Part shown: one piece after another, positions 16,709-26,484 of the stretch
Numbering within the stretch: the first letter of the stretch is position 1
Layout: the number at the start of each line of letters is the position of its first letter
Source: Terrimicrobiaceae bacterium
GTDB taxonomy: Bacteria > Verrucomicrobiota > Verrucomicrobiia > Chthoniobacterales > Terrimicrobiaceae
Direction: 5' to 3'
DNA length: 64,000 bases
NCBI GenBank assembly: GCA_041752695.1
Contig: JBGSVZ010000035.1
Location: 1 to 64,000, forward strand
The notes under the pieces: model-generated
Seen by the model: only the letters and a program-made list of their open reading frames with translations
Told to the model about the DNA's origin: nothing
The model's database searches: none
Translations under genes and position numbers: made by a program

Positions 16709-18522
16709 GCCTTTTTCAATCGGATCATGACCACAGTGCACGGGCTGCCATCAATGCTCACGAATTCATAGTCACCAAATCCCGCAGGCACAAGGCAGGC
16801 TTGCAGGAAATCGAGGGTAGTTTGACGGGCAGGATCTTGGAGTGATCTGATCATGACCCCCTTGCCGACTGTCAGGGTTGGAATTTGGAGGAAACGCCCT
16901 TCGGTGCTGTGCCTCATCGACTTGTTAAAAACGAAGCGCTCGATCTCAAAAGGCATTTCTGAAACGGTAGAATATCGATCCATGCGTGTTTCCCCGTCTC
17001 CATGGATGACGGAGGGGCGGGCACGCAGATGATCGTTGACATACTTTTCACGCCGCCATCTGTTGTTTCGAAAGGAGTGCTCCAAGTGCATCTTCATTCG
17101 AGGGCCGGTCATGGACTTTGCGTTGTCATCCCAGGTGGGGCGAGCGAAGTCATAAGTAAAAAACGAGTATTCGGTGCCAGCGACGCTCGGACCGGTATCC
17201 ATTTCAAGAATCATTTGATTCCCACCGTGACCATGTTCGGTGCCGGGTGGAATCAAGAAAAGGTCTCCGACATTAGTGGACCAGCGCTTCACATATTTTT
17301 GCCAGTCAAAAAGGATTTGATTGTTCGATTCGCGACAAAGGCGTTCGTATTCCTCCAAGTCGGCGTCCTCCAGAAAACCCATCATCGTGCCCGCATCGCG
17401 ATAAGCCTCAACAATGTAGTAGGTCTCGTAACGCCCCAACGGTTCGTTGAAATTTCTCTTATTGTAAGCAGTATCGGGATGATTATGAATCGGCATGCTT
17501 CCCCGCTCGTAGGGTACAGGGTCCTTGAAATACCCGTCATCAAGCCAAACTTGGAGAGGCAGCAAATCTGGGTAGGTTGCGTGAACATAGGCACCAACCA
17601 TTTGCTCGGGCCTTTGCATCGCATTCTGGCAGGGGATGTTGATGAGTGCGCCACCCGGTAATGCGACATCGATGAGGATACTCAGTTCGATGCCAGCCAA
17701 TTCGTTCCACGCCATGTTCTCCAAGCCGGGAATTGGATCGTAAATTTCCTTAAACCGATACGAACCCCATGGCCCGGGTTGGGTAATTTTGACTTGCTTG
17801 ATGGGGCTCTTGACCAGTTCGTCCACCACGACCTCATAGGTTTTTTTGGGGATCAACTTGAGATTCGCGGCATCCACGGCCTCCAGAAAGAAATCCATCA
17901 CGGGAAAGATCTGCTTTTTGTGCCTTAGCAGCAGATAGAAATCGCAATAATAATACTGCTTCCAAAGATACTGAGCATCGGCGATTTCATTGCCAAAGGG
18001 GACCAACCCGCCGCCCCACATCTGCCACAGCAACGGCTGCATCGTGAAGTCGGCATAAACGACAACGCCGCCACAGGCCCGAAGTTCCTCAATCGCTGCA
18101 CCCGGCCCGAGAACGACATGTAGCTCTCCTTTGTCAGCGTCCTGCGAAATTGTGGCAGCGAGAATTCGCACGGCATCGCGCTCCAGAATGTCATGAAGCA
18201 CACCATCGCCATTCACCCAACCAAAAGAAGGATCCTCGCCCACAAATTTTTTTCGATAATCCCCTATATCCTTGCGATACAGTGGGGCTGTCGAGTGGAA
18301 TACCAGCGTACGCCCGGCGCGACTTCCGGCATCCGCCAGATCTTTCCTCAGTTGAGTCCAGTCGACCCCATACCAGCCATCGACAAGGAGACATCTTGAG
18401 GATTGAGCTGATGAAATGATGGAATCTGAAATCCGCTCGTTTCCAAGTGCGATACTTGAGTGCAAGTCCTTGGGAAGAGTGACCTTGTTTTCTGCATTTT
18501 TTTTGTATTCGTAAAGCGGCAT
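16705..18522 (-). CDS. Large class I mannose-6-phosphate-isomerase-like cupin protein
   Basis: 605 aa with PGPWG, PIHNHP…ETYY and FLIPPGTEHGHG cupin metal motifs plus an extra N-terminal region. Confidence 0.75.
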   Translation of the reverse strand: MPLYEYKKNAENKVTLPKDLHSSIALGNERISDSIISSAQSSRCLLVDGWYGVDWTQLRKDLADAGSRAGRTLVFHSTAPLYRKDIGDYRKKFVGEDPSFGWVNGDGVLHDILERDAVRILAATISQDADKGELHVVLGPGAAIEELRACGGVVVYADFTMQPLLWQMWGGGLVPFGNEIADAQYLWKQYYYCDFYLLLRHKKQIFPVMDFFLEAVDAANLKLIPKKTYEVVVDELVKSPIKQVKITQPGPWGSYRFKEIYDPIPGLENMAWNELAGIELSILIDVALPGGALINIPCQNAMQRPEQMVGAYVHATYPDLLPLQVWLDDGYFKDPVPYERGSMPIHNHPDTAYNKRNFNEPLGRYETYYIVEAYRDAGTMMGFLEDADLEEYERLCRESNNQILFDWQKYVKRWSTNVGDLFLIPPGTEHGHGGNQMILEMDTGPSVAGTEYSFFTYDFARPTWDDNAKSMTGPRMKMHLEHSFRNNRWRREKYVNDHLRARPSVIHGDGETRMDRYSTVSEMPFEIERFVFNKSMRHSTEGRFLQIPTLTVGKGVMIRSLQDPARQTTLDFLQACLVPAGFGDYEFVSIDGSPCTVVMIRLKKA

Positions 18523-18607
18523 AGGAGTTTTTTTGGCTTGAAGTAAAGTGAAGTTAGATTGGGAGAGTCAAAAACTACGGTTGATTTCCGGGGGCGCGTA
18601 CACGTTC

Positions 18608-18712
18608 TCTGGGAGAGCGTCTAAAAAGTCGAAATCTGGAGGGCACCGGGCTCTCGGTGCCCAGGAATGCGACGGTTTCCGCGAAAAGCGACTCTTTAGA
18701 CGCCCTCCAAGA
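18608..18712. mobile_element. MITE-like element with terminal inverted repeats
   Basis: TCTGGGAGAGCGTCTAAAAAGTCG (18608-18631) matches the reverse complement of 18689-18712 at 21/24 positions. Internal hairpin GGGCACCG-N6-CGGTGCCC (18641-18662). No ORF inside. Confidence 0.55.
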
Positions 18713-18739
18713 ATCAAAATCGTCTGAATATGAGGCAGT

Positions 18740-21700
18740 TCAATAATTGAAGTCCACAGTTTGGAGTTGGCGCCATTTGTAAAACCGGTCTAGTGGAGCA
18801 TCGAATGCAGCGGAGGGATTGGTAGCGTAATCGGGAATCGATTCGTCGTTCGGGTCGAGGTACCGCTCAATCGTCGTGGAGCCCCGGTATTCGCCCTTCA
18901 CGACATCTTTGCCTTCCACCCACTGGTCGGCCGGCGTCGAAATGACTTTTTGCAGGGCTTGGGCGCGGATGTGAACGGTGTAGGAATTGGATTTTGTAGT
19001 CAGGCGGGGCAGAAGCGTGGTGTAAATCCGCTCCCGGCTCTCGTCACCGGTAAGGTGCTTGTCTGCCCAAAAAGTTGGCATATCACTTAGTTTCGAGCCT
19101 TCAGGAACCATCCACAACTCACAAATTTCCGTCGGGGAACGAAAGATGTCTCCCGTTGCGAAGCGCGCATGGAAGTTCTGCATCGTGTCGTCTTTCAACG
19201 TGGAAGATGTGTTGTCGATGAACAAGGGCTGCCGGTAGGTTTTTGGTGTGGCGGTTTGAGGATTCGAACTGTTGGTTATGGGCGACTTGTAGAATGGCCC
19301 CTGGCTATCAGGCACTACGATCATCCGCTCACCTTTGAGCGTGGCACGAAGAGCAGTCGTGCGCTCGATCCATGTGAATGGCATGAGCTGACTATTCATG
19401 TTCACCTTGCCCGCCGTGGCAAAAGGGTCGCTGATTGCATAAGGTTCGACCACAGGCATCCAGAAGAGGTCCAACATCAGATGATCCGCGGGCGCCGACG
19501 TATTCGGGTGGCCAGGTTGCGGGCGTAGAAGCAACGTCTGCCATGGCTTGTCGCGTTGCATTGCAGTTGGAAGAGAGCCGAACATTCCTGAAGACGGCAT
19601 GATGCGGTTCGGCGAAAAAAGAACAGAGCCTTGCGAGGCGGAGCTGGTCGTATCGAAATAAGGTATGGTGCTCGTTTCTAGTTGTAGGGTGTAGCTGGCG
19701 TTGCCCTCATCTGCCTTATTGATATACGGTCCGTCCTGGTAGAGGGGAAGACCGTTATCGAAATCTCCCGTGAAGGATGGTTTCTCCGATTGACTCGCAG
19801 AACCTCCGAGATAATTCGAGGGAATATCGGGAGCCATCACCCCCCCCCCGGCACTCTGACCATAGGTGACTCCATTCGCATACGCGATACCTGGAGCAGC
19901 TTTCAAAACCAGAGAGCCAATCGGGGTTGCGGGATCATTGGGGAAAGTCGGCATGCGTTCCATCGGTGCCGTCTCCCACAGATTGCAGGCAAACATCTTA
20001 CTAGTATCGTCCCAGTCGGGGTGCTTGGCGAATGTGGAAGTTGGGACATTTTCGAGACCCGCGACTAATCGATAGTCTCCATGCTTGGGCAGGAGACTCC
20101 GCACCACATCAAATCCCTCAGGAAAATAATTTGCCATGGAGACGGGATTCGGGCGGGTTGAGAAGGTTATGTCGGGTCCGCCCGCCTCAAGCTTTACCGC
20201 GTAGCCAGCACCGAATCCAGTATCTATTCCACTACTTCCCCAAGCCACGACAGGCCCGCCTCGAAACAGAGCACCTCCAAGAGGAACCGTTCCGGATGGC
20301 GCGGTTGGCCCGAAAAGCGTCATGGTCGCGTAGGGAGCGTTGAAAGTGAACAGCTGGGAGATTGGACTGAATGTTGCCAGTCGCCCGTTGCTCCACCTGC
20401 TTGGCGTGGGGTTCCGAACACTGGCAGCACTCGATACGGTATCCGGGTTGGCTCCGTCTCGGGAGAATGTCCACCAGTAGGAGCGATTTGTCCAAAATCC
20501 TGGTATTGATCCTCCCGCACTCACGGTCCCTACCGCTACAATTTTGGGAACAGGAAAAGTACCCGAAGGGACATCAATAGTGATCGTTTGTATAAGATTC
20601 TGATCGTTTGCGGGCGAACTGCTGTTGCCATAGATTTCAACCTTTACTTGCCCGCCCGAAAAATTCATGGTTTGGGCACCGCCAACGGGCACAGTAATCG
20701 TGAGTGGGATACTCAGGAATGGGTAGGAATTTTCAGCATTCCAGCCCGCGTCCGCTGCCATAAATCCTCTGGCTGGCGCACGCTTGATTTTGGGTTCCAA
20801 CCCAGTCATGTCCCCTGCTGGTCCCGGGAGAGGAACATCATTGGGCATTAAGGCAAATCTGACCCCCGCTGAGCCCCCGTCCCCTTTCCCTCCCCAAATA
20901 TTCGCGGCAGAGTTGCGAAGTTGGACGATTCCATCACTCGGAAAGCCCATGGGCATTCCGTTGAGTTGAAAAGCATTCAGTCCTGAAACGCGGATCTGCG
21001 TGTCTGCGACAATCGGCCGGTTTCCAAGCGAGGGAGAAAATAATTCAAGGTGGATCATTGCCTCGATTCGCTTTTGTGCCGTATTAGCAACATAGTCGCG
21101 GGTGAGTTTTACTCCATTCAACGTGCGGTTCCGGAAAGGTCCAGTAGCGATGTTGCTGATCAGCTTGGCATCGTTAGTAAGTTGATCGCTGAGATTCGCA
21201 AAAACCTTCGGCGGGTTTAAGGGGCCGGGGACTGCTGGCGGGGGGGTTGTGAACTCTCCGCTGCCATCTGCGTTGCAAATGAAGTGAATTGCAAATTCGG
21301 AAAGGGAGTAAAACCGACCAAATCCCTGGGTGTCGTTCGTCGGGTGCCGAAGGGGCATCACTTGGCCATGCCCCGGGGGTTGTTCGAAGAACCTTTGTAT
21401 ATTTTTCTTGCCCTTGGTGAATTGTTTGTCAACGCCTAAGTTATCATCGAACAGGTTGGTGCTTCGGATGTAATCCACCATCGAAGTGAGGATTTGGTCG
21501 CGGTCAGGTTCGGTGAGTTTGGTTTTGAAATTTCCGCCGAATCCAGGGATGGGTCGTTCGGTGAGGCGCTGGAGGTATTCGTAGAGCCGAAGGTTGCGAG
21601 TGATGGCGAAGTCCTCCGTGGTGCTGTAGGCGTTTTTGCGTTGAAAGTAGTAGGGCTCGTTGGGTTTGGTGCCACCGGCGCGGCCTTTCATGGAGGAGCA

Positions 21701-22993
21701 AAAGGCGATGAGCTTGTCGTAGGCGGTACGATACGTGTCGCCGAGCGAGGCGTCGGCCACGGGCCAGCAGGCAATGCGAGGGAGATTGAAAAGATTTGTC
21801 TCAGGCGCACGGCTGTTCGCGGTCAGGAAAAACCGCAATTTCTGGAGATCGCCAGGTGTATAGGAAATGGCTGTGCGATCGGGACTGAAAATGAATTCAT
21901 CCACCGTAGAAAAGAGGCGGGGCGGGGGGATGGTGAGAGCGATGGCCGCATCGGCGCGGCGGGATCCACCCCGCGTGCCTCCCCACTGGTAGCGAGGAAG
22001 AAGGCCGCCCGAGAGGGCACTGCTCATGGAGAGATTCGGGAAAACTGCGGAGAGCGTCGTCCATGCCGGGTGACCAGGATAACGGGTGAACTCGTTACGA
22101 GCTGGCTGGGCACTGGCCATGAGGTTCTTGTCGAAAAGCGTCATGAACCGTGGCGTATCCCAATATAGTTCGGGCTCCGCGCCGTTGAGAAGCGGATTGT
22201 TTGTATTGGAACTGGCGCTTGCCGATGGGACTTGGCCGTCGGTTTTGCCAATGCCAGCCGTGTTAATATTGATTTTGCAGGTGTCGTCGTCTGCCCAGAA
22301 CGCAATGCGCCCGACGATGGGATTATCCTTGGTGGCTCCGGCCACCGTGACGGCAGTTCCGCTTGCGGTTCCAGGCGCCATCGACCCGTCTTTGAGCACA
22401 TACAGCCAGCGCACAGGAAGCTTCTCCATTAGTCCACGTGGGACATACCCCTCCACCCCGAGGGACGTTCCCGCCTTGGGATCCAGAATAGGGAAAATTT
22501 GTTCGTCCACTCCATCCACCTTAAGCGCAATCGGCTCATTGAGGTCGGACCAGATGCCAGGGCTAGAGGCCCAGTCCTCCGGGGGCGTGTCTTCCGGGAG
22601 GCTGCCACTGACCAAGGAAATCTGATCCTGAACCAGAGTGGTGGCGGAGTATAGTTTGTAGGCCAGCAGCATCTTGGCCCGCCCATTGGCTTCAGCCACA
22701 GTGCCAAAGGTGCGGATCATTCCCGGTTGGCTGGCCCAGGTGACATCTCCGCCCTGAGTAGTAGCAGCGGTGATCTGGCCTTGCACCAAATTGATCGCCA
22801 CCTCAGAAAGTTGGCGGGCGGAAGTGGTGGAGGAATAGGCGTTGGAGGAATTGCGCTCGGTGCCAGCCCTCGTGAGCAAACCCACAATGAGGGCAAGGAT
22901 CAGGACCAGACAGCCGAGCACCAGGACCAGCGCAATGCCGGAATTGCGGGTGGCGCGAAAAGTGCCAAAATGGGTTGGAGAGGAATGTTTCAT
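18740..22993 (-). CDS. vccA: Verru_Chthon cassette protein A
   Basis: 1417 aa. Prepilin-like N-terminus (SGIALVLVL), WASQPGMIR, GRIAFWADDDTCKININTAG, DHLMLDLFWMPVVEPYAISDPFATAGKVNMN and GEYRGSTTIERYLDP. Confidence 0.95.
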   Translation of the reverse strand: MKHSSPTHFGTFRATRNSGIALVLVLGCLVLILALIVGLLTRAGTERNSSNAYSSTTSARQLSEVAINLVQGQITAATTQGGDVTWASQPGMIRTFGTVAEANGRAKMLLAYKLYSATTLVQDQISLVSGSLPEDTPPEDWASSPGIWSDLNEPIALKVDGVDEQIFPILDPKAGTSLGVEGYVPRGLMEKLPVRWLYVLKDGSMAPGTASGTAVTVAGATKDNPIVGRIAFWADDDTCKININTAGIGKTDGQVPSASASSNTNNPLLNGAEPELYWDTPRFMTLFDKNLMASAQPARNEFTRYPGHPAWTTLSAVFPNLSMSSALSGGLLPRYQWGGTRGGSRRADAAIALTIPPPRLFSTVDEFIFSPDRTAISYTPGDLQKLRFFLTANSRAPETNLFNLPRIACWPVADASLGDTYRTAYDKLIAFCSSMKGRAGGTKPNEPYYFQRKNAYSTTEDFAITRNLRLYEYLQRLTERPIPGFGGNFKTKLTEPDRDQILTSMVDYIRSTNLFDDNLGVDKQFTKGKKNIQRFFEQPPGHGQVMPLRHPTNDTQGFGRFYSLSEFAIHFICNADGSGEFTTPPPAVPGPLNPPKVFANLSDQLTNDAKLISNIATGPFRNRTLNGVKLTRDYVANTAQKRIEAMIHLELFSPSLGNRPIVADTQIRVSGLNAFQLNGMPMGFPSDGIVQLRNSAANIWGGKGDGGSAGVRFALMPNDVPLPGPAGDMTGLEPKIKRAPARGFMAADAGWNAENSYPFLSIPLTITVPVGGAQTMNFSGGQVKVEIYGNSSSPANDQNLIQTITIDVPSGTFPVPKIVAVGTVSAGGSIPGFWTNRSYWWTFSRDGANPDTVSSAASVRNPTPSRWSNGRLATFSPISQLFTFNAPYATMTLFGPTAPSGTVPLGGALFRGGPVVAWGSSGIDTGFGAGYAVKLEAGGPDITFSTRPNPVSMANYFPEGFDVVRSLLPKHGDYRLVAGLENVPTSTFAKHPDWDDTSKMFACNLWETAPMERMPTFPNDPATPIGSLVLKAAPGIAYANGVTYGQSAGGGVMAPDIPSNYLGGSASQSEKPSFTGDFDNGLPLYQDGPYINKADEGNASYTLQLETSTIPYFDTTSSASQGSVLFSPNRIMPSSGMFGSLPTAMQRDKPWQTLLLRPQPGHPNTSAPADHLMLDLFWMPVVEPYAISDPFATAGKVNMNSQLMPFTWIERTTALRATLKGERMIVVPDSQGPFYKSPITNSSNPQTATPKTYRQPLFIDNTSSTLKDDTMQNFHARFATGDIFRSPTEICELWMVPEGSKLSDMPTFWADKHLTGDESRERIYTTLLPRLTTKSNSYTVHIRAQALQKVISTPADQWVEGKDVVKGEYRGSTTIERYLDPNDESIPDYATNPSAAFDAPLDRFYKWRQLQTVDFNY

Positions 22994-23001
22994 AATCAGC
23001 G

Positions 23002-23658
23002 CTATGGACGATAAACTGCGGAGCGACCGGTGAGAGGATCGATTTGGACCGTAAAGAAGTTTTTTGGCACGGCGTCTCCGGTCTCTCGCTCCTGGGTAAT
23101 GGTCACAAAGTTGTTTGAGAACGCCATCGAAGCCTCGGGGGCACCCGAGGAACGAAAGCGAACCGCCACATAGTAGTCTGCCCCCGCCGGGAGGTCCGTG
23201 CTGCCTTTGTAGCCAGAGGAAAAGGTGGTTCCAAGAAGCGGAGAATAGGTTTCAGACTCCAGAATCTTGAAGCCATCGCGCAGCCAGAGAATTTTGGAAG
23301 CCGGCTCATAAACAAGCATCCCATTCTTCCGGGTCTGACTCCAAACCTGCAGACCCCGAAAAACAGCACCTGTGCCACCGGGAGACTTCGCCATATAAAA
23401 ACGGACCTCGGCGTTGCGGTTTTTTGCCAAGGCCAATTGGCGGGCCAGCGCCATTTGATCCACAACGGTTTGGCCAGCTGTGGTGATATTATAGCCCTGC
23501 CCTATGCTATTGAGTGCGGGCAACATCAGTGCCGAGAGGATGGCAATGATAGCCAGAACCGTCAGCAGCTCAATGAGGCTGAATCCGCGGGAACTTAAAG
23601 CCATGGTTCGGGAGTGCAAGAGAGGGGACGATGGTATGGAACGTCTTAAGGAGACCAT
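23002..23658 (-). CDS. vccD: Verru_Chthon cassette protein D
   Basis: GFSLIELLTV N-methylation motif, LARQLALAKNRNAEVRFY and C-terminal NFFTVQIDPLTGR. An alternative start at 23604 is possible. Confidence 0.9.
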   Translation of the reverse strand: MVSLRRSIPSSPLLHSRTMALSSRGFSLIELLTVLAIIAILSALMLPALNSIGQGYNITTAGQTVVDQMALARQLALAKNRNAEVRFYMAKSPGGTGAVFRGLQVWSQTRKNGMLVYEPASKILWLRDGFKILESETYSPLLGTTFSSGYKGSTDLPAGADYYVAVRFRSSGAPEASMAFSNNFVTITQERETGDAVPKNFFTVQIDPLTGRSAVYRP

Positions 23659-24677
23659 CGGGATTCCCTGAGCAGCACGGTGGTGGTAAAGACCCGGAAG
23701 TTGATGCCGGCCTTGTTAAGTTCCTTGGTGATGCGCTCCATATCTTCCTGATAATCCTTTGTTGAGGCGAGGGTTCCCGCATAGGCGTCGACAATTTCTG
23801 TATCCATACCCCCATTGGGCAACCGTGCTGCAGTTTTTTCGTCGATGGCAATCATGGTCACCTGGACCGCAGGCGGGAGTTGATTTGCTGACACTGGCTG
23901 CGGGATGTCTTTGGCTCCTTTGCGGCTGTTATAGGTGTAATCGGCTGTCAGATCATCACCCTCCGGATCTTCAACGATGGAACGCCGGGGCCAGATTGCC
24001 ATCCAGATAATATTATCAGCCAATGGTGATCCTTTGCCTGGATCTGACATGGCTTTAATCCATGCGGGCGGCGAACCCGCCGCCGGATCGGGGTCTGTGA
24101 ATACGGAGAGATTCTCGCTCAATTCCTGATATTGCATCAGCCTGAGCCGGAATTTTTCCGGTCCAGTGATGAAAGGGGGGCGAATGTTTTTGTCTCCGAC
24201 CCACCGCACACTGAAGCCGACTGAACTCAGCATCTGGGAAAGCGGACGGAAGTCGGGACCGCTGGTCTTTTCGGTTTTTCCTATGGGCACTTGAAAAAAA
24301 ACGCCGTGTCCCGTGCCAGCGCCAGAAAATCCATCGCTCCCTGTCTGCAGCACCGCAAAGGCCAACTCGGACTGGCGGCGATAGACCGTGGGTTGGTTAG
24401 GATCATCGTAGTCCCAATACACGTTTAATGTCGCCTGAGAGAGCATCCGTGTTACCCGATCGAAGGCAACCCTCGCGCTCTGGAAGGCATCAATGCGCTG
24501 GGTTGATTGCTGCCATGCACTCGAAACACCGGAAAAAATCCCAAAAAGCACCACCATGAGCATCATTAGGATCGTGGTGCCAACAAGCACCTCCAGAATA
24601 GTGAAACCTGCGGATTTACGGTGATGCCACAAAGGAACGGCCTCGTTCCTGTCCGGGAAATACGAAAGGATGCTCAT
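23646..24677 (-). CDS. vccC: Verru_Chthon cassette protein C
   Basis: GFTILEVLV motif, LSQATLNVYWDY…YRRQSEL and NQLPPAVQVTMIAIDE. Confidence 0.92.
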   Translation of the reverse strand: MSILSYFPDRNEAVPLWHHRKSAGFTILEVLVGTTILMMLMVVLFGIFSGVSSAWQQSTQRIDAFQSARVAFDRVTRMLSQATLNVYWDYDDPNQPTVYRRQSELAFAVLQTGSDGFSGAGTGHGVFFQVPIGKTEKTSGPDFRPLSQMLSSVGFSVRWVGDKNIRPPFITGPEKFRLRLMQYQELSENLSVFTDPDPAAGSPPAWIKAMSDPGKGSPLADNIIWMAIWPRRSIVEDPEGDDLTADYTYNSRKGAKDIPQPVSANQLPPAVQVTMIAIDEKTAARLPNGGMDTEIVDAYAGTLASTKDYQEDMERITKELNKAGINFRVFTTTVLLRESRWSP

Positions 24678-24695
24678 AGGGGAAAAGAGCTGAGA

Positions 24696-25169
24696 TCACT
24701 GGTTTGTCCACTGCTCGCGGCGAGCTAGCAACAAGGTGAATGTGTGTTGCAAATTGGGAGAAAGGTTTTTCGTCTCTCGCGTGGTCACCCGGACCTGGAG
24801 CGATTTCAAGCTGTCACTCAGGGGAATGGTCAGTCCACCCAAAAGCTCCGAGCCCGGATAGTTGAAGTTTGGGGACGGAGAAATCTCAGCAGTGAACACC
24901 GCGTCGATCGCGCTGGATACCGGGAATCCCTCGTTATCGTAGTAATTGGTGAAACTCCCGACCTGGGAAAATGGTGTCTGCAAAATGTCTGCCGAAATCT
25001 GCTGCCCGATCTGACTCTCCACAGTCTGGTTAATGGAATTTCTCAGCGATTTCAGGCCAACCGGCACCAACGCCATCATCGTCACTGCTGCAAACCCAAC
25101 AATTCCCAACGCCATGATGACTTCCACGAGAGAAAAACCGCAACGGTAAGAGAATTTGGGGGGGATCAT
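24696..25169 (-). CDS. vccB: Verru_Chthon cassette protein B
   Basis: GFSLVEVIMALGIVGFA…LVPVGL and YYDNEG. Start taken at ATG 25169 because the longer TTG ORF runs through an operator site. Confidence 0.9.
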   Translation of the reverse strand: MIPPKFSYRCGFSLVEVIMALGIVGFAAVTMMALVPVGLKSLRNSINQTVESQIGQQISADILQTPFSQVGSFTNYYDNEGFPVSSAIDAVFTAEISPSPNFNYPGSELLGGLTIPLSDSLKSLQVRVTTRETKNLSPNLQHTFTLLLARREQWTNQ

Positions 25170-25194
25170 ATTGAAGGCAAGGTGTCTTGAGGGG

Positions 25195-25208
25195 TGAAAA
25201 CGTTTGCA
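25195..25208. promoter_or_regulatory. LacI-family operator-like site, copy 2 (TGAAAACGTTTGCA)
   Basis: Exact reverse complement of copy 1, 25 nt upstream of the vccB ATG. Confidence 0.75.
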
Positions 25209-25619
25209 GACGTGAGGATGTAAATACAATGTCGTTTCGACGAAGTCAAATATTTTTGGATCATGGCAGACTTTTTTTGGCCACCTCGCTCAAAAGCACG
25301 GCGATCCATTGGATGGTTGACCTGATGCGGGAGGGAATTGGTTTTGTTCAACCGGTCCCTCGCCTGCCTCCCCCGTTCCCCATTGAACTATCGCCACCAA
25401 TGCGCCACTGGAAGCTTGACTAGGAGTTGGCTAAATTCAATTAACATTCCGCATGCATTCAACGACAGAACCACTTCTTCACTTTGTGAAGACTCGGCAA
25501 GCCTCACAACTGGCGCACTTTTCGCAAACCAAGTCTCCCTCTGACGATTCGCTCGGAGTTTCTCCGGTCCATTCAGGCCTCCCTGGGGCAAAGTTTTAGA
25601 TCGAACCCCGGCATCATCC

Positions 25620-26459
25620 ATGCGTATTCAACTTGCCAAATCAAAATGGGAGCGATGGGACCAATCGCTTGCCTTATTCCTTGCGGATGCCGCCTCGGCC
25701 GGCTTCGACGCGACGGAGATCTACGTTCCAGCAATGTCCGAAACTCCCGCAGAATGCCGTCGGCTTCACCAGGAGGCCGGGCTTAGTCTTATTGTTCAGA
25801 TTGTCACTGAGGGCTCAACACCTCTCGACCATATCCGCTGCTTCAAGGAACGATTTTACCTGGCACTTGAGTGCGAGCCCCTCGTGATCAACTGCCACAC
25901 AGGCCGGGATTATTGGCCTCAACACGACAACCTTCAGCTCTTCGACATTGCACTCGAGCTCGAAGCCAAATATGGAACTCCTATTTGTCATGAGACTCAT
26001 CGCTCGCGCGCCCTCTTCAGCGCACCATCTGCTCATGCATTCCTCAATGCCCGCCCCGGCCTTAAACTGACGGCCGACTTTTCTCACTGGCTGTGTGTGC
26101 ATGGATCTGATTTGTCGGATCAGCAGGAATCTGTCGCGAAGGCAGTGGATTCCGTCTACCACATTCACGCTAGGGTAGGCCATAGTCAAGCTCCTCAGGT
26201 TTCTGATCCTCGCGCCGCAGAATGGTTGCCATGGCTGGAACTCAGCCTGGGGTTCTGGCGCAGAATCATCGAGGCACGCACCGACGATGGCACCGGTTGC
26301 CTGACGATCACTCCAGAATTCGGTCCTCCACCCTACATGCCCACCCACCCCGCCACCGGCTTGCCTCTTGCAGACCCTTGGGAGGTGAATTGTTGGATGG
26401 CAAAGCGCATTCGAGATGAACTGGGGGCCGTCAACTCCACACCGTCTCCGCGCGAATGA
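25620..26459 (+). CDS. Sugar phosphate isomerase/epimerase (xylose-isomerase-like TIM barrel)
   Basis: AGFDATE, HETHR, LTADFSHW, HIHARVG and ITPEFGP metal-binding motifs. Confidence 0.88.
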   Translation: MRIQLAKSKWERWDQSLALFLADAASAGFDATEIYVPAMSETPAECRRLHQEAGLSLIVQIVTEGSTPLDHIRCFKERFYLALECEPLVINCHTGRDYWPQHDNLQLFDIALELEAKYGTPICHETHRSRALFSAPSAHAFLNARPGLKLTADFSHWLCVHGSDLSDQQESVAKAVDSVYHIHARVGHSQAPQVSDPRAAEWLPWLELSLGFWRRIIEARTDDGTGCLTITPEFGPPPYMPTHPATGLPLADPWEVNCWMAKRIRDELGAVNSTPSPRE

Positions 26460-26484
26460 CTTGGAGCAAAAAGGAACCCCCCGG

